The notes under the pieces: generated by a model
What the model was told of the DNA's origin: nothing
Seen by the model: only the letters and a program-made list of their open reading frames with translations
The model's database searches: none
Source: Pseudomonadota bacterium
GTDB lineage: Bacteria; Pseudomonadota; Gammaproteobacteria; Burkholderiales; Burkholderiaceae_C
Direction: 5' to 3'
DNA length: 62,893 nucleotides
Assembly (NCBI GenBank): GCA_021807445.1
Contig: JAKBCY010000001.1
Span: 1 to 62,893, forward strand
Program-made: the position numbers and the translations under genes
Part shown: positions 19,493 to 31,036 of the stretch, piece after piece
Layout: each line of letters begins with the position of its first letter
Numbering within the stretch: the stretch's first letter is position 1

Positions 19493-22084
19493 ATGTCCGC
19501 CTACGCCAAAGAAACCCTTCCGGTAAGCCTGGAAGAAGAAATGCGCCGCTCTTACCTCGACTACGCGATGAGCGTCATTGTCGGGCGTGCCCTGCCCGAT
19601 GTGCGCGACGGTTTGAAGCCAGTGCACCGGCGCGTGCTGTTTGCGATGCATGAGCTGAGCAACTCCTGGAACCGCCCTTACAAAAAGTCTGCTCGTATCG
19701 TGGGCGATGTGATCGGTAAATACCATCCGCACGGTGACCAATCGGTCTATGACACCATCGTGCGAATGGCGCAGGATTTCTCCTTGCGCTACATGCTGGT
19801 AGACGGCCAGGGCAACTTCGGCTCCGTTGATGGTGACAATGCGGCAGCAATGCGCTACACGGAAATCCGTCTTTCCAAAATTGCCCACGAAATGCTGGCC
19901 GACATTGACAAGGAAACCGTCAATTTCGGGCCCAATTACGACGGTTCCGAGCAGGAACCACTGGTTCTGCCGGCGCGCATCCCAAATCTGCTGCTTAACG
20001 GATCGGCAGGAATTGCTGTGGGGATGGCCACCAATATTCCGCCACACAACCTTGGCGAAATCATCAATGGTTGCCAGCACCTGCTGCGGCATCCCGAGGC
20101 CGACGTCGAGGAACTGATGCAGCATATTCCCGCGCCTGATTTTCCGACTGCCGGGATCATTTATGGACTGAGTGGCGTCCGCGAGGCTTACCGCACCGGA
20201 CGAGGTCGCGTGATCATGCGTGCGAGCTGCCACTTCGAGGACATCGAACGCAGCCAACGTCAAGCCATCATCGTCGATGAACTGCCCTACCAGGTGAACA
20301 AGCGCACGCTGCTGGAGCGCATTGCCGAGCTGGTGCAAGAGAAGAAGCTCGAAGGAATCAGCCACATTCAAGACGAGTCGGACAAGTCCGGCATGCGCGT
20401 CGTGATTGAACTCAAGCGCGGCGAGCTTGCCGAAGTGGTGCTCAACAAGCTGTACAAGCAAACCCAGCTGCAGGATACATTCGGCGTAAACATGGTGTGC
20501 TTGGTAGACGGTCAGCCGCGCCTGCTCAACCTCAAACAGATGCTGCAATCCTTCCTGCAGCATCGGCGTGAAGTCATCACCCGCCGGAGTGTGTTTGAGT
20601 TGCGCAAGGCTCGCGATCGCGGCCACGTGCTCGAAGGCCTTGCCGTGGCGCTGGCCAATCTGGATCGGATGATCGAGCTAATCAAGGCGGCCCCGACGCC
20701 CCCAATTGCAAAAGAACGCCTGCTCGCGGAAGTGTGGGAGCCAGGCGAGGCACGCGCAATGCTCGGGCGCGTCGAAGGCAATCCCCAAGACTTCCAGCCA
20801 AGTGATCTCGATCCTCACTATGGCTTAAAGCCGTCAGGCTACTACCTGTCGGACGCTCAAGCCCAGGAGATTCTGCAGATGCGCCTGCAGCGCCTCACGG
20901 GACTGGAGCAGGACAAGATCGTGCAGGAATACAAGGACGTGATGGCGCAGATTGCCGATCTCCTTGACATCCTTGCGCGGCCCGAACGCATCACTCAAAT
21001 CATTGCCGACGAGCTGACGGCTCTGAAAGGCGAATTCAATGACGCGCGCCGTTCGCGAGTCGAGCCAAATGCCACGGAACTCGACATCGAAGACCTTATT
21101 GCTCCGCAGGAAATGGTGGTGACCATCTCGCATGTGGGCTACGTGAAAAGCCAGCCGGTCGACGAATACCGAGCCCAGCGGCGCGGTGGCCGCGGCAAGC
21201 TTGCCACCGGAACCAAAGAAGATGACTGGATCGACCAATTGTTCGTGGCCAACACCCACGACATGCTGCTGTGCTTTTCGAACCGTGGGCGCGTGTACTG
21301 GATGAAGGTCTATGAGGCACCGCAGGGCGGCCGTGGCTCACGTGGCAGGCCACTGGTGAACCTGTTCCCGCTTAGCGCAGGTGAAAAGATCACCGCAGTA
21401 CTGCCCGTCAAGGCTTTCGACGAGGATCATTTTGTTTTCATGGCCACTGCGCGCGGCACCGTAAAGAAAACACCAGTCGCCGCCTTCGCCAACCGCCGTA
21501 CTGCTGGCATCATTGCCTGCGGCCTCGACGACGACGACTACTTGGTTGGGGTGGCCATTACCGATGGCAAGCACGACGTGATGCTCTTCTCAAATGCTGG
21601 AAAGGCCGTGCGCTTCGACGAAAACGACGTGCGCGCTATGGGTCGTGAGGCACGCGGCGTACGGGGCATGCATCTCGAAGAAGGGCAGCAGGTGATCGCT
21701 ATGCTGGTTGCTGAGGATGAAAGCCAAAGTGTGCTCACCGCCACCGAGAATGGCTATGGCAAGCGCACCCCTATCGGCGAATACACGCGTCATGGCCGCG
21801 GAACCAAGGGCATGATCGCCATCCAGACGAGTGAACGCAACGGGAAAGTGGTAGCGGCCTGCTTGGTACGCACGGACGATGAGATCATGCTGATTACGGA
21901 CACCGGCGTGCTGGTGCGCACGCGGGTCGCGGAAATTCGAGAACTTGGCCGCGCAACGCAAGGGGTGACCTTGATCGCGCTGGACGAAAAAGCCAATCTC
22001 ATTGGCGTGCAGCGGGTGGCCGAATCCGACGCGCAGCCCGAAGACGCCGAATCCGGCGCGCCGTTGCCCGCCGACGAGGCCTGA
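19493..22084 (+). CDS. gyrA: DNA gyrase subunit A
   Basis: [30 protein letters not shown], GyrA-box QRRGGRG, beta-pinwheel CTD. Confidence 0.99.
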   Translation: MSAYAKETLPVSLEEEMRRSYLDYAMSVIVGRALPDVRDGLKPVHRRVLFAMHELSNSWNRPYKKSARIVGDVIGKYHPHGDQSVYDTIVRMAQDFSLRYMLVDGQGNFGSVDGDNAAAMRYTEIRLSKIAHEMLADIDKETVNFGPNYDGSEQEPLVLPARIPNLLLNGSAGIAVGMATNIPPHNLGEIINGCQHLLRHPEADVEELMQHIPAPDFPTAGIIYGLSGVREAYRTGRGRVIMRASCHFEDIERSQRQAIIVDELPYQVNKRTLLERIAELVQEKKLEGISHIQDESDKSGMRVVIELKRGELAEVVLNKLYKQTQLQDTFGVNMVCLVDGQPRLLNLKQMLQSFLQHRREVITRRSVFELRKARDRGHVLEGLAVALANLDRMIELIKAAPTPPIAKERLLAEVWEPGEARAMLGRVEGNPQDFQPSDLDPHYGLKPSGYYLSDAQAQEILQMRLQRLTGLEQDKIVQEYKDVMAQIADLLDILARPERITQIIADELTALKGEFNDARRSRVEPNATELDIEDLIAPQEMVVTISHVGYVKSQPVDEYRAQRRGGRGKLATGTKEDDWIDQLFVANTHDMLLCFSNRGRVYWMKVYEAPQGGRGSRGRPLVNLFPLSAGEKITAVLPVKAFDEDHFVFMATARGTVKKTPVAAFANRRTAGIIACGLDDDDYLVGVAITDGKHDVMLFSNAGKAVRFDENDVRAMGREARGVRGMHLEEGQQVIAMLVAEDESQSVLTATENGYGKRTPIGEYTRHGRGTKGMIAIQTSERNGKVVAACLVRTDDEIMLITDTGVLVRTRVAEIRELGRATQGVTLIALDEKANLIGVQRVAESDAQPEDAESGAPLPADEA

Positions 22085-22085
22085 T

Positions 22086-23198
22086 ATGGTCACCGTTCCC
22101 ATGTCAGCCCGCCCCTACAATTTTTCTGCAGGCCCCGCAGCAATACCCGAGGAAGTTCTGCAACAGGCCGCCGCCGAGATGCTTGACTGGCAAGGCAGCG
22201 GTATGAGCGTCATGGAAATGAGCCACCGCGGCCCACATTTCGGACGCATCATTGCCCAGGCTGAGGCGGATCTTCGGGAGTTGCTGGGAATTTCGGCCGA
22301 CTACCACGTGCTGTTCATGCAAGGCGGTGCGCTGGCCGAAAACGCCATCGTGCCCTTGAATCTGTCGCGAGGAGCCAAGGCAGATTACGTCGTCACGGGT
22401 GCATGGTCGCAAAAAAGCCAGCTCGAGGCGCGCAAATATTGCAACGTGCACGTCGTCATTAACACCTATGAAACCAGCAATCGTGGCATTATCCCGCCCT
22501 TCTCGCAGTGGCAGCCACGGGTCGATGCCCAATATCTGCACTACTGTGCAAACGAGACTATCGACGGCGTGGAGTTCCACACCCTGCCTTCGCAGTTCTC
22601 CCTGCCGCTGGTGGCTGACATGTCATCGACGATCTTGTCACGGCCCATCGATGTCAGCGCCCACGCATGCATCTACGCCGGTGCGCAGAAGAACATCGGC
22701 CCCGCAGGGCTCACACTGGTGATCGTGCACCGAGAGGTGCTGGGGCGTGCGCTGGCCGTGTGCCCGAGCGCCTTCGATTACAGCGTTGTTGCCAAGAACA
22801 CGTCGATGTACAACACGCCTCCAACCTATGCCATCTACATCGCCGGCCTTGTGTTTCAGTGGCTCAAACGGCAGACAGAGGATGGGCTTACGGGCATTGC
22901 TGCCATCGCCGAACGCAACCGCAAGAAAGCTGACTTGTTATACCGATGCATTGATGAATCTGCCCTGTTCACGAACCGTGTGGATCCGGTGTGTCGCTCC
23001 CGCATGAATGTGCCGTTTTTCCTGCGTGACGAACACCTCAATGAACCCTTTCTGCAAGGTGCCGCTGAACGCGGTCTTCTGCAAATCAAGGGACACAAGT
23101 CCGTAGGCGGTATGCGCGCCAGCATCTATAACGCCATGCCGCTGTCGGGCGTACAGCAGCTGGTGGACTACATGCGCGAATTCGAAAGAAGCCACTGA
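22086..23198 (+). CDS. serC: Phosphoserine aminotransferase
   Basis: [47 protein letters not shown]. Start is ATG 22086 or 22101. Confidence 0.96.
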   Translation: MVTVPMSARPYNFSAGPAAIPEEVLQQAAAEMLDWQGSGMSVMEMSHRGPHFGRIIAQAEADLRELLGISADYHVLFMQGGALAENAIVPLNLSRGAKADYVVTGAWSQKSQLEARKYCNVHVVINTYETSNRGIIPPFSQWQPRVDAQYLHYCANETIDGVEFHTLPSQFSLPLVADMSSTILSRPIDVSAHACIYAGAQKNIGPAGLTLVIVHREVLGRALAVCPSAFDYSVVAKNTSMYNTPPTYAIYIAGLVFQWLKRQTEDGLTGIAAIAERNRKKADLLYRCIDESALFTNRVDPVCRSRMNVPFFLRDEHLNEPFLQGAAERGLLQIKGHKSVGGMRASIYNAMPLSGVQQLVDYMREFERSH

Positions 23199-23213
23199 AA
23201 GACCTTACCGTTC

Positions 23214-24287
23214 ATGGACACCGACTTCCTTCCGCTTCGAGAGCGCATTGACGCACTGGATCGGCAATTGCTGGATCTTCTCAACCAGCGAGCTCAGCTG
23301 GCACAGGAAATCGGGCGCATGAAGCACCGGCTCGGGCTACCCGTATTCCGGCCTGAACGCGAGCGTGACGTCATCACCAAGGTCCAGAAGGCCAATAACG
23401 GCCCGCTTTTGGACGAGGGTTTGGCGGCCGTGTGGCGTGAGATCATGTCAGCCTGCCGAGCACTTGAGGCGCGGCAGCTAGTGGCCTTTCTCGGCCCCGC
23501 TGGCACCTACAGCGAGGAGGCAGCGCGGCGATTCTTCGGCTCCAGTGGAGACTTCATCGCGTGTGCGAACCTGGACGAGGTTTTCCGCAAACAGTTGAGC
23601 GGCGCCTGCGCCTACGCCGTAGTCGCCATCGAGAACTCGACCGAGGGCGCGGTAGCCCGAACATTGGACCTACTGCTGACCCATCCCGTGCACATTTGCG
23701 GCGAGATCAGCTTGGCCATCCACCATAACCTCCTGCGCAAACAGCCGGGCCTGGACGGTATTTCAGCTGTCCTTGCGCATCCACAGGCGCTCTCGCAGTG
23801 CCGACAGTGGTTGGACACCCACCTACCTGGCGTGGAGCGTCGAGCTGTTTCCAGCAACGCCGAAGGTGCGCGCTTAGCCGTAGAAGATGAGCGGCTAGCC
23901 GCCCTCGCCGGAGAGCAAGCTGCCTCACTCTATGGCCTGCACGTGGCCGCCGCGCATATCCAGGACGAAGCTGAAAATCGGACACGCTTCATCGTGCTTG
24001 GGCCCCACGCCGCGAATCCCACCGGCCACGACCGCACAAGCCTGATTCTCGCAGTTCCAAACCGCGCCGGCGCAATGGTGGCGATGCTCAAGCCATTGGC
24101 CGACCACGGCGTGAGCATGACCCGCTTTGAATCCCGTCCAGCTCGCTCCGGAGGGTGGGAATACCTCTTCTACGTGGATATTGAAGGCCACAGCGAAGAC
24201 ACTGCAGTGCACGCTGCTCTCGAGGATCTGCGCAACCAGTGCGCGTTTTTCAAACAACTTGGCTCGTATCCAGTCTGGCAGGATTGA
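23214..24287 (+). CDS. pheA: Chorismate mutase/prephenate dehydratase (P-protein)
   Basis: LRERIDALD CM domain, FLGPAGTYS, ENSTEG, NRTRF, ESRP ACT domain. Confidence 0.96.
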   Translation: MDTDFLPLRERIDALDRQLLDLLNQRAQLAQEIGRMKHRLGLPVFRPERERDVITKVQKANNGPLLDEGLAAVWREIMSACRALEARQLVAFLGPAGTYSEEAARRFFGSSGDFIACANLDEVFRKQLSGACAYAVVAIENSTEGAVARTLDLLLTHPVHICGEISLAIHHNLLRKQPGLDGISAVLAHPQALSQCRQWLDTHLPGVERRAVSSNAEGARLAVEDERLAALAGEQAASLYGLHVAAAHIQDEAENRTRFIVLGPHAANPTGHDRTSLILAVPNRAGAMVAMLKPLADHGVSMTRFESRPARSGGWEYLFYVDIEGHSEDTAVHAALEDLRNQCAFFKQLGSYPVWQD

Positions 24288-24322
24288 CCCCCCGGACTAA
24301 TCACCACCTTCCACCGCTAGCG

Positions 24323-25453
24323 ATGTCATCTACCACAAACACGTCCCCGCGCTGGGGCGCAGAGTACGTCCGCACAATATCACCCTACGTTGCTGGGCGC
24401 CCGATCGGGCAAGTAGCCCGTGAGATTGGCATGGACGAGGCCAATATCGTCAAGCTCGCCTCCAATGAAAACCCGCTGGGGATGTCACCCAAGGCGCGAC
24501 AAGCTGTCATTGACGCGCTGAGCGAAACTGCACGCTACCCCGACAACGACGGTTATGTTCTGCGCCAAGCGCTCGCCGCGCATCTACGCGTGCCGGCTGA
24601 CTGGATCGTCCTGGGTCACGGCTCCAGCGACATCCTCGAGATGGCTGCGCGTGCCTTGTTGAGTGAGGGCGACTCGTGCGTCTACTCGCAATATAGCTTC
24701 CTTGTCTATGCGCTTGCCGTGCAGCAGGCTGGCGCGCGGCATCAGGTGGTGCCGGCAAAGAACTACGGGCATGATTTGCCCGCGATGGCAGCCGCCATTG
24801 AACGCAATACTCGGCTGGTTTACGTGGCCAATCCAAACAACCCCACGGGCACACTGGCCACGCATGACGCCATCGCCGCATTCATGAAACAAGTGCCAGC
24901 CGACGTGGTCGTGGTACTCGACGAAGCCTACGTCGAATATATCGATCCCGCCTTGCGCACGGACAGCATTGCCCTGCTACGCGAACATCCGAATCTCGTG
25001 GTGTCTCGTACGTTTTCCAAGGCCTACGGCCTTGCGGGCTTACGCTTGGGCTATGCGGCTGCACAGCCCGCCTTGGCCGACGTGCTCAACCGTGTGCGTT
25101 CCGCGTTCAACACTAGCACCGTGGCACAGGCTGCGGCGATTGCCGCCCTGAATGATCAAGATTTTCTCGATCAATCCGTCGAAACCAACCGAAGGGGCAT
25201 GGCGCAATTGACACAAGCCTTTGAGGCGATGGGTCTGCGCTACATCCCCTCCTATTGCAATTTTTTGCTGGTGCGAGTGGGTGAGGACGACCAAGCGGGC
25301 GCGCGCGTCAATGCCGCATTGCTCTCGAAGGGCGTGATCGTGCGTCCCGTCGCCAACTACGGCTTGGGGGCGTGGCTGCGTATTTCTGTGGGCACTCAGA
25401 CCGAGAATGCGCGCTGCATCGAAGCTTTGCAAATGGCGCTCGCGACGGTTTGA
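24323..25453 (+). CDS. hisC: Histidinol-phosphate aminotransferase
   Basis: KLASNENPLG, NPNNPTG, DEAY, RTFSKAYGLAGLRLGY. Confidence 0.95.
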   Translation: MSSTTNTSPRWGAEYVRTISPYVAGRPIGQVAREIGMDEANIVKLASNENPLGMSPKARQAVIDALSETARYPDNDGYVLRQALAAHLRVPADWIVLGHGSSDILEMAARALLSEGDSCVYSQYSFLVYALAVQQAGARHQVVPAKNYGHDLPAMAAAIERNTRLVYVANPNNPTGTLATHDAIAAFMKQVPADVVVVLDEAYVEYIDPALRTDSIALLREHPNLVVSRTFSKAYGLAGLRLGYAAAQPALADVLNRVRSAFNTSTVAQAAAIAALNDQDFLDQSVETNRRGMAQLTQAFEAMGLRYIPSYCNFLLVRVGEDDQAGARVNAALLSKGVIVRPVANYGLGAWLRISVGTQTENARCIEALQMALATV

Positions 25454-25456
25454 GTC

Positions 25457-26389
25457 ATGGATACGCTTATCGGCGGGTACGCCGACTCGGACACTCCACC
25501 TCGAACGCAATTCAAGCGCTTGGCCATTCTGGGCCTGGGTCTGTTGGGAGGCTCGTTCGCACTAGCCGCGAAGCACGCGGGGCTGGCACAAGAGGTGGTG
25601 GGCTACAGCAAATCCCCGTCGACCCTCAAAGCCGCCAAGGCCGCCGGCATTATCGACCAAGGCGCAGACTCCGCTTTGCATGCTGCAACCGGTGCCGACC
25701 TCATCCTGCTCGCGGTTCCCGTATCCGCCATCGGACCGCTGCTTAAGCAAATCCGGCTTGGAGTGGCGCAGTACGCGCTGGTGATGGATGTGGGCAGCAC
25801 CAAGGGCGACGTCGCGCTAGCAGCGCAGGAGGCGCTGGGAGAGAAAAGCCGGCAGTTCGTGCCTTGCCATCCGATTGCCGGAAGCGAGAACAGCGGGGTG
25901 CAGTATGCAAGATCCGCTTTGTTCGATGGCAGGCGCGTGGTTATTACCCCGATGGTCGAGAACCCAGACCGCTTCGTCGAGGTCGCCACCCAGATTTGGG
26001 AGGCTGTGGGAGGCGTGGTCTCGGTCATGAGCCCGCAAGACCATGACGCAGCTTTTGCCGCGGTTAGCCATCTACCACATTTATTGGCGTTCGCTTACGT
26101 ATATGCCATCGCGCGCCAGTCTAAGGGTGGAAGCTATTTACAACTGGCAGGGCCCGGTTTTCGCGATTTCACACGCATCGCCGCGAGCGACCCGACGATG
26201 TGGCGCGACATCTTCCAGACGAACGGAACTGAAGTACTTGAGCAGTTGCAATTATTCAAGCAGGCTATTGCCGGATTCGAGGCCCAAATGCGCCAAGGCA
26301 ATTGGAGCGTGCTGGAATCCTTGATTCGTCAAGCCAGCCAATCTCGCAAGGATTGGGCCTCACCATCACCCGCCGATGATATCGTCTGA
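25457..26389 (+). CDS. tyrA: Prephenate/arogenate dehydrogenase
   Basis: [35 protein letters not shown]. Confidence 0.93.
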   Translation: MDTLIGGYADSDTPPRTQFKRLAILGLGLLGGSFALAAKHAGLAQEVVGYSKSPSTLKAAKAAGIIDQGADSALHAATGADLILLAVPVSAIGPLLKQIRLGVAQYALVMDVGSTKGDVALAAQEALGEKSRQFVPCHPIAGSENSGVQYARSALFDGRRVVITPMVENPDRFVEVATQIWEAVGGVVSVMSPQDHDAAFAAVSHLPHLLAFAYVYAIARQSKGGSYLQLAGPGFRDFTRIAASDPTMWRDIFQTNGTEVLEQLQLFKQAIAGFEAQMRQGNWSVLESLIRQASQSRKDWASPSPADDIV

Positions 26390-28352
26390 TTATTTAGACA
26401 TGCCCCCGCTCATAGGCGCCGGTGGCACTGCGCTTTTGCCCGGCTCTAAAAGCATTTCCAATCGCGTGCTGCTCCTTGCGGCGCTTGCGGAGGGGAAAAC
26501 CCTCATTACAGGCTTGCTGGACTCCGATGACACCCGGGTTATGCTCGCCGCGCTGCACGCACTGGGTGTGATCGTGTCCACGCAAGGCACCGACACCATT
26601 GTGCACGGCTGCGGAGGACGCTTCCCAGAGCGCCGGGCTGATTTGTTCATGGGCAATGCTGGTACGGCCATACGGCCTCTCACGGCAGCGCTCGCTCTGC
26701 TTGGCGGCAGCTACACGCTTAGCGGTGTGCCCCGTATGCATGAACGCCCTATCGGCGATCTGGTCGACGCGCTGCGAGCGATTAACTGTTCCATTGACTA
26801 CCTCAACCAGCTGGGCTATCCGCCACTTGCCATCAATCTGGGTACCCCGAACGTGGACACACCGATTCGCGTGCGCGGCGACGTGTCTAGCCAGTTCCTG
26901 ACAGCGCTGCTGCTGGCGCTTCCCCTCGTCTCACAGCAGCAAGATGTTGTGGTCGAGGTCATTGGCACGCTGATTTCGCGGCCGTATGTCCATATCACCC
27001 TCGAATTGCTTTGCCGCTTCGGTGTGCACGTCGAAAACGAGAATTGGCAGCGCTTCGTCATTCCGGCTGGTAGCCGTTATACCAGCCCAGGTCGTATGGC
27101 CGTAGAGGGCGACGCGTCATCGGCATCATATTTTCTTGCAGCTGGTGTGCTTGGCAGCCTGCACGGTGCCGGCGACGCGGTGCGCGTGGAGGGGGTGGAC
27201 GCGCACAGCATCCAAGGCGACGTCGAGTTTGCCCGCGTGCTCGAACGCCTGGGCGCCCGTGTGGAATGGGGAGACGGATTCATCTCCGCTAGCGGGCTGA
27301 TACCTGGGCGCAAGCGCCTGACAGGCGGAATCATCGACTGTGTCGCCATTCCCGATGCAGCGATGACCCTGGCCATCACTGCATTATTTGCGGATGCCCC
27401 CACACTACTCACCGGCATTGGCAGTTGGAGGGTAAAGGAAACTGACCGCATTGCCGCCATGGGCGCCGAACTGGCCAAGCTTGGAGCCCAAGTCGAAGCT
27501 GGAGAGGACTGGCTACGCGTCCATCCGCTGTCTGACGGCCAATGGCGCAGCGCTGCCATTGGTACGTATGACGACCACCGCATGGCCATGTGCTTTTCGC
27601 TGGCGAGTTTCGGCCCGGCGGATATTCGCATCCTCGACCCCGGCTGCGTGTCCAAGACCTTTCCTGACTATTTCCAAGTCTTCGCTTCCGTTGCACGCCC
27701 GGTTCCCGTGATCGCCATAGACGGGCCGACCGCTTCGGGCAAAGGCACTGTGGCTTCAAAGGTCGCCGCAATGCTGGGTTTTCACTATCTCGACTCCGGC
27801 GCTCTGTACCGGACTACTGCCCTGTTGGCGCTGCGTCAAGACATCAAGCTTGATGACGAGGCGAGGCTGAGTGAACTGGCTTTGCGCTTGCCTATACGCT
27901 GCGATGGCAGCCAGGTTTGGGTCGGGCCGGAGGACGTGAGTGCCGCAATTCGCACCGAGGACGTCGGCCGGGCAGCCTCCGCCCTCGCTTCATTGCCTGC
28001 AGTAAGGCAGTCGCTTCTCGCGCTGCAGCACAGCCTGCGGCGCGCACCGGGCTTAGTGGCGGATGGTCGGGACATGGGCACCGAGGTGTTCCCAAGTGCG
28101 CGGCTAAAGGTGTTTCTAACTGCCGACGTGCAAGCCCGCGCCGATCGCAGGTATAAGCAATTGATTTCGCAAGGCATTTCGACTACAATAATTGACGTCT
28201 TGCGCGATCTTGAGGCGCGTGACGCGCGTGATAGCAAACGCAGCGTTGCCGCTCTTAGGCCGGCCCAAGACGCGGTGCCATTGAACACCTCCGCGCTCGA
28301 CGTTGATCAGACCGTCGATCAGGTGTTGCAGTGGTGGCGCCAATGTTCCTGA
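26376..28352 (+). CDS. aroA-cmk: Bifunctional EPSP synthase / cytidylate kinase fusion
   Basis: AroA motifs [36 protein letters not shown] continue in frame into Cmk motifs [26 protein letters not shown]. Confidence 0.95.
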   Translation: MISSDYLDMPPLIGAGGTALLPGSKSISNRVLLLAALAEGKTLITGLLDSDDTRVMLAALHALGVIVSTQGTDTIVHGCGGRFPERRADLFMGNAGTAIRPLTAALALLGGSYTLSGVPRMHERPIGDLVDALRAINCSIDYLNQLGYPPLAINLGTPNVDTPIRVRGDVSSQFLTALLLALPLVSQQQDVVVEVIGTLISRPYVHITLELLCRFGVHVENENWQRFVIPAGSRYTSPGRMAVEGDASSASYFLAAGVLGSLHGAGDAVRVEGVDAHSIQGDVEFARVLERLGARVEWGDGFISASGLIPGRKRLTGGIIDCVAIPDAAMTLAITALFADAPTLLTGIGSWRVKETDRIAAMGAELAKLGAQVEAGEDWLRVHPLSDGQWRSAAIGTYDDHRMAMCFSLASFGPADIRILDPGCVSKTFPDYFQVFASVARPVPVIAIDGPTASGKGTVASKVAAMLGFHYLDSGALYRTTALLALRQDIKLDDEARLSELALRLPIRCDGSQVWVGPEDVSAAIRTEDVGRAASALASLPAVRQSLLALQHSLRRAPGLVADGRDMGTEVFPSARLKVFLTADVQARADRRYKQLISQGISTTIIDVLRDLEARDARDSKRSVAALRPAQDAVPLNTSALDVDQTVDQVLQWWRQCS

Positions 28353-28423
28353 GCGCTGGAAATTTCGCGCCAGGTTTGTGCAACCAACCCCGCAAGGCTT
28401 CTTGCGGACGAGAAAGTCCCTCC

Positions 28424-30136
28424 ATGTCAGTCAACCCCAGCGCCAGTACGTCTGGCGAATCCTTCGCAGCCCTGTTCGAAGAGTCGCTCAAGACGCGCGA
28501 CATGCGCACCGGTGAGGTCATCACCGCGGAAGTGGTCGGTGTCGACCCCAATTTTGTGATTGTGAACGCCGGACTGAAATCTGACGCGTACATCCCGATT
28601 GAAGAATTCAAGAACGACCATGGCGAGGTGGAAGGCTAGGTCGGCGACTTCGTGTCCGTGGCGATTGACGCGCTCGAAAACGGCTACGGTGACACCATGC
28701 TGTCGCGGGACAAGGCAAAGCGTCTGGCTTCTTGGATGTCGCTGGAAAAGGCATTGGAATCCGGCGAGTTCGCCACCGGAACTGTGACCGGCAAGGTCAA
28801 AGGCGGCCTCACCGTGATGATCAACGGCATTCGCGCCTTCCTGCCCGGCTCGCTGCTTGACACGCGCCCGGTCAAGGACACCACGCCGTTTGAAGGCAAG
28901 ACCATGGAGTTCAAGGTCATCAAGCTTGATCGCAAGCGCAACAACGTCGTCCTGTCACGCCGTGCCGTGGTTGAGGCCAGCCAAGGCGAGGAGCGCGCCA
29001 AGCTCCTGGAAAATCTCAAGGAAGGCCAGATTGTTACTGGCGTGGTCAAGAACATTACCGACTATGGCGCATTCGTGGATCTCGGCGGCATCGACGGCTT
29101 GCTGCACATCACGGATCTGGCATGGCGCCGCGTGCGTCATCCCAGCGAAGTGGTGACACCCGGCCAGGAAATTACCGCCAAGGTTCTTAAGTACGATGCC
29201 GAGAAAAACCGCGTTTCGCTAGGTTTGAAGCAAATGGGGGATGATCCTTGGGTCGGGGTCGCCCGCCGCTACCCTGCAGGCACCCGCCTGTTCGGCAAGA
29301 TCACGAATATCACGGACTACGGCGCATTCGTCGAGATTGAACCCGGCATTGAAGGACTGGTTCACGTGTCGGAGATGGACTGGACCAACAAGAACGTCGC
29401 CCCTAACAAAATCGTTCAGTTGGGTGACGAAGTCGAGGTGCAGGTCCTGGAAATCGACGAAGACCGTCGCCGCATCAGCTTGGGCATGAAGCAGTGCCGT
29501 CCCAACCCCTGGGATGAATTCGCCGCGAACCACAACCGAGGGGACAAGGTGACTGGCCCAGTCAAGTCGATCACGGACTTCGGCGTATTTATCGGCCTTC
29601 CCGGCGGCATTGACGGCTTGGTACACATGTCCGACTTGTCATGGAACGAGCCCGGCGAAGCCGCTGTGCGAAACTACAAAAAAGGCCAGGAAGTGGAGGC
29701 CGTCGTGTTGGGCATTGATATTGAACGCGAGCGCATTTCGCTCGGAATCAAACAGATGGAAGGCGATCCGTTTATGAACTTTGCCGCCATCAATGACAAG
29801 GGCAAGGTCGTCACTGGCACGGTCAAGTCCGTGGATGCCAAGGGCGCCGTTATTGACCTTGGGCAGGATATTGAAGGTTATTTGCGCGCCTCTGAGATCT
29901 CGCGTGACCGTGTCGAGGATGCACGCAATTTGCTGAAAGATGGTGACGAAGTTACGGCCATGGTCATCAATATCGACCGCAAAAACCGCAGTATCCAGCT
30001 TTCGGTCAAAGCCAAAGACAGCGTAGACCAGCAGGAGGTCATGAATCGGTTGGCCGGCGAGCAACGCGAAGCCACAGGCACGACCAACCTTGGTGCCTTG
30101 CTGCGCGCTAAGCTCGACAACCAGAACCAAGAGTAA
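28424..30136 (+). CDS. rpsA: 30S ribosomal protein S1, interrupted by an in-frame TAG at codon 72 (28637-28639)
   Basis: [11 protein letters not shown]-terminus and S1 repeats ([32 protein letters not shown]). Track ORFs 28331..28639 and 28652..30136 share one frame and are separated only by TAG. Confidence 0.93.
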
Positions 30137-30152
30137 GCTAGATTCAAACGAT

Positions 30153-30187
30153 CGCCCGCAGGTCAAAAACCTCGCGGGCGTTTTTTT
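30153..30187 (+). terminator. Intrinsic terminator after rpsA
   Basis: CGCCCGC-AGGTCAAAAACCTC-GCGGGCG followed by TTTTTTT. Confidence 0.8.
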
Positions 30188-30262
30188 GAACGCCGCGCCC
30201 GTGGTTCGAGCCTCGCATTCAGCACATGCGTGCCATATCTTGATCCTTTCCCGAGCCTTCCC

Positions 30263-30568
30263 ATGACCCGTTCCGATCTGGTGGATTTGCTTGCCGAGCG
30301 CTTCGCCCAGCTCACCCATCGCGACGCAGAGCTCGCCGTCAAAACGATTCTCGATGCTCTCTCGGAGGCACTGGAGAGTGGCCACCGCGTGGAGATTCGC
30401 GGTTTTGGCAGTTTTTCCGTCAGCCACCGCCCCGCTCGCATCGGGCGCAATCCGCGCTCGGGTGAACAAGTCGTCGTGCCCGAAAAGCGCATGCCGCATT
30501 TCAAGCCAGGAAAGTCCTTGCGCCTTCTTGTCGACCAGAGCACCGATGGGACCTTCGGCGCGCCCTGA
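30263..30568 (+). CDS. ihfB: Integration host factor beta subunit
   Basis: [32 protein letters not shown]. Follows rpsA. Confidence 0.95.
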   Translation: MTRSDLVDLLAERFAQLTHRDAELAVKTILDALSEALESGHRVEIRGFGSFSVSHRPARIGRNPRSGEQVVVPEKRMPHFKPGKSLRLLVDQSTDGTFGAP

Positions 30569-30727
30569 GATGTGATTTCATGATCTCGTCACAGGCTTGA
30601 GGCCTAGTTACCGTCGCTGCCGAACAAGCCTAGGCCCTTTGCTGCCACATCACACATCAAGGCTGGGCGCTTAGGTTATGGCAATTGCAAGCCTAGAATG
30701 ATCTCGGTGACTTACGCTTAACGCCCC

Positions 30728-31036
30728 ATGCGCGCCCTCAACTGGTTCATTCGCCTCATTTTGTTCATGCTGTTATTCGGCTTGGCGCTGAATAACCTCG
30801 AACCGACGGTTCTGCATTTGCTGTTCGGCACCCAATGGAAGGCACCGCTATTCGTGTTGCTGCTAGCAGCGTTCACCTTGGGCGCTGTGCTGGGAGCCTT
30901 GGCGATGTTGCCGGGCTGGATGCGCCATCGCCGCATGCGCGCCGCGCATGCGGCGAAGCAAAACCCCGAACCAACGGCTATTGAACCTATCCGCGCGGCC
31001 CCGGGCGTGATCGACGGAACGCCCGATGGAGTTTGA
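30728..31036 (+). CDS. lapA: LPS assembly protein A (LapA family)
   Basis: Two TM helices around ALNN. Conserved position between ihfB and lapB. Confidence 0.82.
   Translation: MRALNWFIRLILFMLLFGLALNNLEPTVLHLLFGTQWKAPLFVLLLAAFTLGAVLGALAMLPGWMRHRRMRAAHAAKQNPEPTAIEPIRAAPGVIDGTPDGV

Noticed and set aside
19487-20626. Long antisense or alternative-frame ORFs over gyrA (379 aa), rpsA, smc, relA and the ABC-F gene
   Set aside because: Shadow ORFs expected from GC-rich codon bias in conserved genes. No recognisable domains.
28637-28639. Genome-wide TAG reassignment or pyrrolysine decoding
   Set aside because: TAG terminates several genes at their expected ends in this window, and no other gene here has an internal stop.
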